Positions 50,561 to 56,053 of a stretch of 56,053 bases of DNA are shown here, piece by piece. The DNA is from an uncultured Thermoprotei archaeon (GTDB lineage: Archaea; Thermoproteota; Thermoprotei; Thermofilales; B15-G2): the NCBI GenBank assembly GCA_965367815.1, contig CBDUKN010000019.1, positions 1-56,053 on the forward strand, read 5' to 3'. How positions within the stretch are numbered: position 1 is the stretch's first letter; every line of letters starts with the position of its first letter. The position numbers and the translations under genes were made by a program. Below the pieces are notes generated by a model. It did no database searches and had not been told where the DNA came from. It saw only the letters and a program-made list of their open reading frames with translations.

Positions 50561-51761
50561 AGATATTCTTAATCTCAAGAAACTAAAGCCGCCTATTTTA
50601 TTCTATGGTAGAAGAAAGACTGGGAAAACTTTTCTAGTTAAAAGTTTCTATAGAAATGCAGAGTACTTTTTTGTAAAAAGAAATAGAACAATTTTCTGGG
50701 AGAATAGGAAAACTACTCTTAATTATGATGAATTAATTAAAATAATGGATGTTGCATTAAAGGACAGACTCATAATAATTGACGAGTTTCATAGGCTGCC
50801 GGAAGACTTTTTAGATTACTTGCACTTTAAACAACTCAATAACATTATTTTAGTAACATCTACTCTTTACTTAGTCAAGAATTTACTCACAAGACGGTCT
50901 CCTATTTTAGGGCTGTTTCTCGAGTATAGAGTAGACCTTATAGATGAACGAGATATATTAGTAAATCTTTCTGAATTATTTAGCGGAAAAGAATTAATTG
51001 AAAAATCTGTTTTCTTAAGAGAACCAATACTACTTCAATGGGCTGACCTCGATTTAATCAATGTACTTGAGAGATTAAAGCTCACTGTTCCTGCATTAGT
51101 AGGCGAAGTTTTTATCGAAGAAGATAGAGAGCTTAGTGAAAGATATGAAGGAATTTTGCGGGCAATTGCATCCGGTAAACAAACTATAGGCGAAATAACA
51201 GACTACTTGTATGCTAGAAAACTTATAGAGAAGCAGTCGACTTCTCTTGTCAAAAGCTACATAAAGAACCTACTATCTATGGGGCTCCTTAAAAGATACA
51301 AGGAATATGGAAGAGAGAAATACTACTACCTCATAGACTCGCCTATAATAGACTTGTACTTTTACTTAGATGAAAAATATAATTTCTCCGAAACAAGGCT
51401 TCCTAGAGAATATTTCTTAGAGAAAATACCCTTTTATGTTGAAGACTTTTTTAGAACTCTTTTCGCCAAACTTACAGGATACAGAGTATTTATTGTAAAG
51501 AAGCCTGATCTTGAAGTAGATGCTGTATTAGGAAAATTTCAACAGGCCAAGGTAATTATTGAAGTAAAGTGGAGGAAGAGGCTTTCTAAAGGCCAAATAA
51601 CTAAAATTGAGGAGAAATTATCAAGATTTAAAAATGTTAAAAAAATATTAATTGTTCCAGATAAAAGTGAAATGGAGTATATTTCAAGTAAAATCGAAGT
51701 ATTAGATGTTAATGATATTTTAGAAAAAGTTCTTAAATCTTATCCGAGGCTCTCTAATTAA
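50538..51761 (+). CDS. Archaeal ATPase (AAA + wHTH + DUF234-like PD-(D/E)xK domain)
   Basis: YGRRKTGKT, IIIDEFHRL and LEVDAV...IIEVKW motifs. Confidence 0.88.
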   Translation: MVTVTRVIDILNLKKLKPPILFYGRRKTGKTFLVKSFYRNAEYFFVKRNRTIFWENRKTTLNYDELIKIMDVALKDRLIIIDEFHRLPEDFLDYLHFKQLNNIILVTSTLYLVKNLLTRRSPILGLFLEYRVDLIDERDILVNLSELFSGKELIEKSVFLREPILLQWADLDLINVLERLKLTVPALVGEVFIEEDRELSERYEGILRAIASGKQTIGEITDYLYARKLIEKQSTSLVKSYIKNLLSMGLLKRYKEYGREKYYYLIDSPIIDLYFYLDEKYNFSETRLPREYFLEKIPFYVEDFFRTLFAKLTGYRVFIVKKPDLEVDAVLGKFQQAKVIIEVKWRKRLSKGQITKIEEKLSRFKNVKKILIVPDKSEMEYISSKIEVLDVNDILEKVLKSYPRLSN

Positions 51762-51799
51762 ATATTTTAAAGATTCCATACTAGCTGTTAACTGCCACT

Positions 51800-52990
51800 A
51801 TGCAGTGTTTCGAACTAAGTAATGGACTTAAAGTATATGTCGACAAAAGAGAATCAGAGACAGTAGGCATGGCAATAGCTATTGGAGTAGGGTCACTTTA
51901 CGAAGATCCTGAGAAGAGAGGTTTAAGCCACTTAATTGAACACATGTTGTTTAAATCAAATGAAAAGTACTCTGCGTTAGAAATATCGAAGATAATAGAG
52001 TATTCGGGTGGGGAAGCTAACGCGTTTATAAGCTATGATGCAATAATAATTGTTGCTGAAGTACTGCCTGACGTCTACTCCAGGGTCATAGACGTTTTGT
52101 ACAGCATGTATGTTAACAATAAGTACCTTGAAAAAGAATTTGAAGACGAAAAGCACGTTGTATTGACTGAAGTCAAAAAGTACATGAATAATCCTGAAGA
52201 CTGGATAAGCTATCTCGGCTTAATAGCTCTTTTCGGCAAAAGCGACTACGGTGATCCCTGTACAGGATACCCCGAGACTTTGGAGAATATTAGTTTAGAT
52301 GAAACGCTAGAGTTTAAAGAGAAACACTTTATTGCAGAAAATACTGTAGTTGTTTTAACTGGAGCTGTGTCAAATAAAATAATTGAAGAGACTTTAAAAT
52401 ACTTTAGTAATGTGCCTTCAGGTAAGGTTTATAGGAAGAAACCTGTGCGCAGTGAGAGCAGGGAAATAGTTGAGAAAAGAGACGATATTGATCAAGCATA
52501 TCTTTCTTTTGCTGCAACTACTCCGGGCTATACTGTGCCAAACTACATTATTTCAGACTACTTGACATTTAATTTGACCGAGGGAGCTACAAGCCTGCTT
52601 TACACTAAGCTTAGAGAAGAAAGAGGCCTTGTATACGATTTTTATAGCGAATACGATTTGTTCGCTGATTTAGGCTACTTGCAAGTAACTATTCCGGGAA
52701 TTCCTTTAAGTAGGCTATATGAAGTAATTTCACTTACTGAAGATATTTTGAATCAAATTAAATTAGGTGAAATAGAGTCAGATTACTTTGAAAAGAGAAT
52801 AAAGTACTACGAGTACACAATTAGAACTAGCTATAGGTCTATGTTCAGTAGAGCTCTCTTGGAAGCTCACACGGCGATTAAAGGCAGTATCGTAGAGCCA
52901 GAATATTTTATAGAAAAACTTTTTCTGGAGAAGCTTTATGACTCAGCTATTACGAGCAACTTTATTAAAGCGCTTATTTTGCCCAACTGA
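51800..52990 (+). CDS. M16 family zinc peptidase
   Basis: GSLYE, HLIEHMLF, NAF and LREERGLVY motifs. Confidence 0.93.
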   Translation: MQCFELSNGLKVYVDKRESETVGMAIAIGVGSLYEDPEKRGLSHLIEHMLFKSNEKYSALEISKIIEYSGGEANAFISYDAIIIVAEVLPDVYSRVIDVLYSMYVNNKYLEKEFEDEKHVVLTEVKKYMNNPEDWISYLGLIALFGKSDYGDPCTGYPETLENISLDETLEFKEKHFIAENTVVVLTGAVSNKIIEETLKYFSNVPSGKVYRKKPVRSESREIVEKRDDIDQAYLSFAATTPGYTVPNYIISDYLTFNLTEGATSLLYTKLREERGLVYDFYSEYDLFADLGYLQVTIPGIPLSRLYEVISLTEDILNQIKLGEIESDYFEKRIKYYEYTIRTSYRSMFSRALLEAHTAIKGSIVEPEYFIEKLFLEKLYDSAITSNFIKALILPN

Positions 52991-54851
52991 CTTCACTTGA
53001 CAAGACTTTATGTATAAAAGCAAGTATGTCGGCTTGTTCTCTCTGCTTAACTACTGGCGCGGCTCCAGCGTGTCCGCTACATGTTTCTACTCTAAGGTAC
53101 ACTGGCGCTCCTACTTCCTTTAATTTTGCAGCAAACTTCAGTGCATGGCCTGGATGTACTCTATCATCATGTAATCCAGTGTAAATGAGTACTGGAGGAT
53201 ATTTTCTTTTCTTCACGTTGTGGTAAGGCGAGTACGCGGCCAAGTATTTCAAGTCCTCAGGGTTTTCTGGATTTCCGTATTCTGGCACCCATGCTTTACC
53301 TATGTAGAGTTTATGGAAGCGGAGCATGTCTGTGAGAGGATACCCTATTATAGCGCAGTCTACTAGCTCGGGGCTTTGAGTGAGTATAGTTGCTACTAGA
53401 AGTCCTCCGTTGCTTGAGCCTATCGCCGCTACTCTGTAGCCTTTTTCTTTAAAATACTTTAGTACTGCCTTAAAGTCTTCAAAGACATTCTGCTTATTTT
53501 CTTTCATCCCGGCTTTATGCCATTTTTCGCCGTACTCTCTTCCGCCTCTAATATTCGCTATGACATATACTCCTCCTTCATCTATAAAGGGCATTATATG
53601 GGGAGAGTAAGCTGGTACAAGTGATATACCGAAGCCGCCGTAGCCGTAGACAATGGCTTTCTTTAAGTAGTTCTTTTTTCTCAGTATGAAGAAATGTACT
53701 TTAGTTCCGTCATAGGATTCAGCGTAGTCTTCCTCTACAATATACTTGCCGTCCAGCGCCTTAGAGTCAAGTATCTTTAAACCTTCTTTAGGCCTATATA
53801 CGTAAAGTCTGTAAGGTACAGTAAATGATGTATAGCAGAAAACTAGCTGCATTCTATTCGAGTTCATCGAGTAAATCCACCCTGGCGGATAGAAGCTTAC
53901 TTCATTTAAAGGCTCTCCTTCAATAGTATAAAGCTTGATCGAAGAAGAAGCATTCCTAAGGTAATGTACGAGTATCTTCTCTCCTACTACAGCGGCGTTT
54001 TCTAAGGGATACTTGTTTTCCTCTACAACTACTTCTTTTTCACCTGATTCATCTACTTTTATCAGAGTCCCATAGCCTTCTCCACTATAAGATATAATGA
54101 AGTAGCCTTCTTTAATGCAGTCGACGGGTTTAGCTAAACACTTCTCGTCGTATATTTTAGTCCAAGTTGTGTAATCGTCTAGTTTACCTCCATGAAGTAC
54201 TGCTTGGCTCCACCCGTAGCTCACAGTTACTAGAATATGCTTGTTATCTGTCGACGGGTGAAGAGATATAAAGTGTGCTGTAGGGAGTTTTTCCCCGAAA
54301 ACTAGTTTCTCTGACCCGTTTTCTCTGAGAAATACTCTTGAAGTAGGAGGCTCTACTCCATCAGGAGCTTTTTCCCGACGATATGTTCTCACATAGTAGT
54401 ACTTGTTTTCATCTATCCACACGACATTACCTACAGACCCCTTTACTTCATCTAATATCTTTAGGCTACTGGTGTCAAGTACTCTAAGCACCATTTCATC
54501 AGACCCTTTAATTGAGTAAGAGTAAGCTAGTCTAGTTCCCTTGGAATTAACGTAGAAATATGTTAATACAATATTCTCACCCAGCTTATCGGAATCAACC
54601 AGTTTCACAGATTTACCGCTACGGCTAAGCAAGACTATTTTCTGACTCTTCTTTTCACGAACCAAAATAAAGTATCCTTTCTCCGTTACCCTAGCTAGTC
54701 TTATGCTCGGATAAGAATAGTATTTCTCTAACTTCTTAAAGTAAACTAAAGATGATTCCCTTAGAAATTCTCTCGTTCTTCTATTTTCAGAATTAATCCA
54801 TTCAATTACATTAGGGTCACTTAGGTTCTCGAGCCATAAATAGGGGTCCAC
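52974..54851 (-). CDS. Prolyl oligopeptidase (S9A)
   Basis: DPYLWLE, YGYGGF, GSSNGGLL, DDRVHP and GH motifs. Confidence 0.95.
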   Translation of the reverse strand: MDPYLWLENLSDPNVIEWINSENRRTREFLRESSLVYFKKLEKYYSYPSIRLARVTEKGYFILVREKKSQKIVLLSRSGKSVKLVDSDKLGENIVLTYFYVNSKGTRLAYSYSIKGSDEMVLRVLDTSSLKILDEVKGSVGNVVWIDENKYYYVRTYRREKAPDGVEPPTSRVFLRENGSEKLVFGEKLPTAHFISLHPSTDNKHILVTVSYGWSQAVLHGGKLDDYTTWTKIYDEKCLAKPVDCIKEGYFIISYSGEGYGTLIKVDESGEKEVVVEENKYPLENAAVVGEKILVHYLRNASSSIKLYTIEGEPLNEVSFYPPGWIYSMNSNRMQLVFCYTSFTVPYRLYVYRPKEGLKILDSKALDGKYIVEEDYAESYDGTKVHFFILRKKNYLKKAIVYGYGGFGISLVPAYSPHIMPFIDEGGVYVIANIRGGREYGEKWHKAGMKENKQNVFEDFKAVLKYFKEKGYRVAAIGSSNGGLLVATILTQSPELVDCAIIGYPLTDMLRFHKLYIGKAWVPEYGNPENPEDLKYLAAYSPYHNVKKRKYPPVLIYTGLHDDRVHPGHALKFAAKLKEVGAPVYLRVETCSGHAGAAPVVKQREQADILAFIHKVLSSEVSWAK

Positions 54852-54890
54852 ACGAATTTCTCTTAAGCAAGTAAATATTCTTATCGAAGT

Positions 54891-55106
54891 CTACCCCAGT
54901 ACTTTCAATTTAAACTCCTTTCTAATACTTTTAATTACTTTAAAATGATTATCGAGAGTCTCGAGCACTAAGTCTCTATTTAAAGCAACTGCCGCAATAA
55001 CCATGTCTACTGCAGGAAAGAGCAACAGTTGTGCAGCCTTCCAGAGTTCTACAGCCTTCTTTATACTTCTTTATTAAAGTTGATTATCATAGAGAACCTC
55101 TTCCAT
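54891..55106 (-). pseudogene. VapC/PIN toxin remnant with an internal deletion and stops
   Basis: MEEVLYD..., stops, then PAVDMVIAAVALNRDLVLETLDNHF. Confidence 0.7.
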
Positions 55107-55336
55107 TCTTTCTGTCTTGCTTCTCTATAGTATTTCTCGGCTTTCTCTAAGCTTATTTCACTTAGTTCTTTAGCATAGTCTTCTCCGAGCTCTTTAAGAA
55201 GCTCACTTATTTCAGTCACTCCCTCTAATCTACGTAGGTACTCTACTATAGCTTTTCTAGCTACTTTACTCCACTTAACTTCAGGATACTTTTTCATCCT
55301 CCTATAGATTTCTTCAGAGTAATATTTATTATACAC
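55061..55336 (-). pseudogene. Antitoxin (VapB-like), N-terminus apparently damaged
   Basis: EEIYRRMKKYPEVKWSKVARKAI; overlaps the toxin remnant. Confidence 0.6.
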
Positions 55337-55450
55337 GAATTATGTGAGTCCACATATACTTACACTTTAGGTTTACTAAAATCTGCTTAAAAAGTACACA
55401 GAAATTAATGATAGTGAATAAATTTTTGATGTAAAAAGAAAATTAAAAAT

Positions 55451-55984
55451 CTAGGACTTTACTTCTAGTTTAAGCCACCCTACAGGCTTCCGCTTAGCTA
55501 CTTTAATATAGTTGTCAGTGTCGGTAGGCTTCATTACTGTATACTCGTCTATGAGTGTACATACGTAAGTGCCATTGTACATAACTACATATATCACGAC
55601 TATTATCTTATCTCCGGGCTTAAGCTCTATACCCGACTTTTCTCTGCCTATAACTTCACCCAGTCTTGAGTCGTATACGAAGCTATAGCCATAGCCTGCT
55701 AAGAAGTCGAACTCACATCTTTCAATGAAATCCTCTATTTCTTTTCTCGAGGGATGAGGAAGATTTAATACATATTTCTTCAATAAGTATTCTTTTGTTA
55801 CTTTTGGATACTTACTTAAAAGTTTAGTAAACAACATCCATGCCTCAGAGAAATTTGCCTTAACTATTAACTTGTTGGTAGGAGAAGTCTTTAGCGAAAT
55901 TGTCTCTTGTTTATTTAGAGGTATTTTTGAATAATATTGAAAGTACGCGAAACAGAATATTAATGCAGCAGAAATAATTAGAGC
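55451..55984 (-). CDS. Hypothetical protein with an N-terminal TM/signal segment, 5' end truncated
   Basis: Open frame ALIISAALIFCFAYFQY...; the listed MYKRQ start is adapter-derived. Confidence 0.65.
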   Translation of the reverse strand, partial: ALIISAALIFCFAYFQYYSKIPLNKQETISLKTSPTNKLIVKANFSEAWMLFTKLLSKYPKVTKEYLLKKYVLNLPHPSRKEIEDFIERCEFDFLAGYGYSFVYDSRLGEVIGREKSGIELKPGDKIIVVIYVVMYNGTYVCTLIDEYTVMKPTDTDNYIKVAKRKPVGWLKLEVKS

Positions 55985-56053
55985 CTGTCTCTTATACACA
56001 TCTCCGAGCCCACGAGACCTCTCTACATCTCGTATGCCGTCTTCTGCTTGAAA
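55985..56053 (+). other. Nextera mosaic end/read-2 adapter + i7 index (CTCTCTAC) + P7 (artefact)
   Basis: CTGTCTCTTATACACATCTCCGAGCCCACGAGAC-[CTCTCTAC]-ATCTCGTATGCCGTCTTCTGCTTG-AAA. Confidence 0.99.

Noticed and set aside
55985-55999. MYKRQ N-terminus of the last ORF
   Set aside because: It is the translation of the Nextera mosaic end, not genomic sequence.

Overview
AT-rich archaeal contig, probably from a thermophilic Thermoproteota-like lineage. That placement is inferred from gene content (Dph6, TET M42, archaeal S16, ACT-V4R, many VapBC) and TATA-type promoters. Both ends are untrimmed Illumina Nextera adapters (1-70 and 55985-56053), so the first and last genes are truncated. The window holds peptide and carbohydrate catabolic genes, about six VapBC-type toxin-antitoxin loci (most decayed) and several pseudogenes. 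I saw no rRNA, tRNA or CRISPR array. Most interesting: (1) a 228-bp element with perfect 34-bp terminal inverted repeats that encloses an inverted, partly diverged copy of a coding fragment of a gene about 2.6 kb away; (2) a recurring pattern of genes lying between duplicated pieces of a neighbouring gene, clearest in a C69 dipeptidase split by an IS-remnant/secreted-protein cassette with a 284-bp duplication; (3) cofD coupled to a stand-alone FbiB-C-terminal/FbiE-like nitroreductase; (4) dph6 coupled to a class I glutamine amidotransferase, plus a CobQ with its glutaminase domain cleanly missing; (5) an ACT-V4R / DUF483-like / ACT-V4R cassette; (6) an uncalled 49-aa very basic protein. All family assignments come from motifs recognised by eye, not from database searches.
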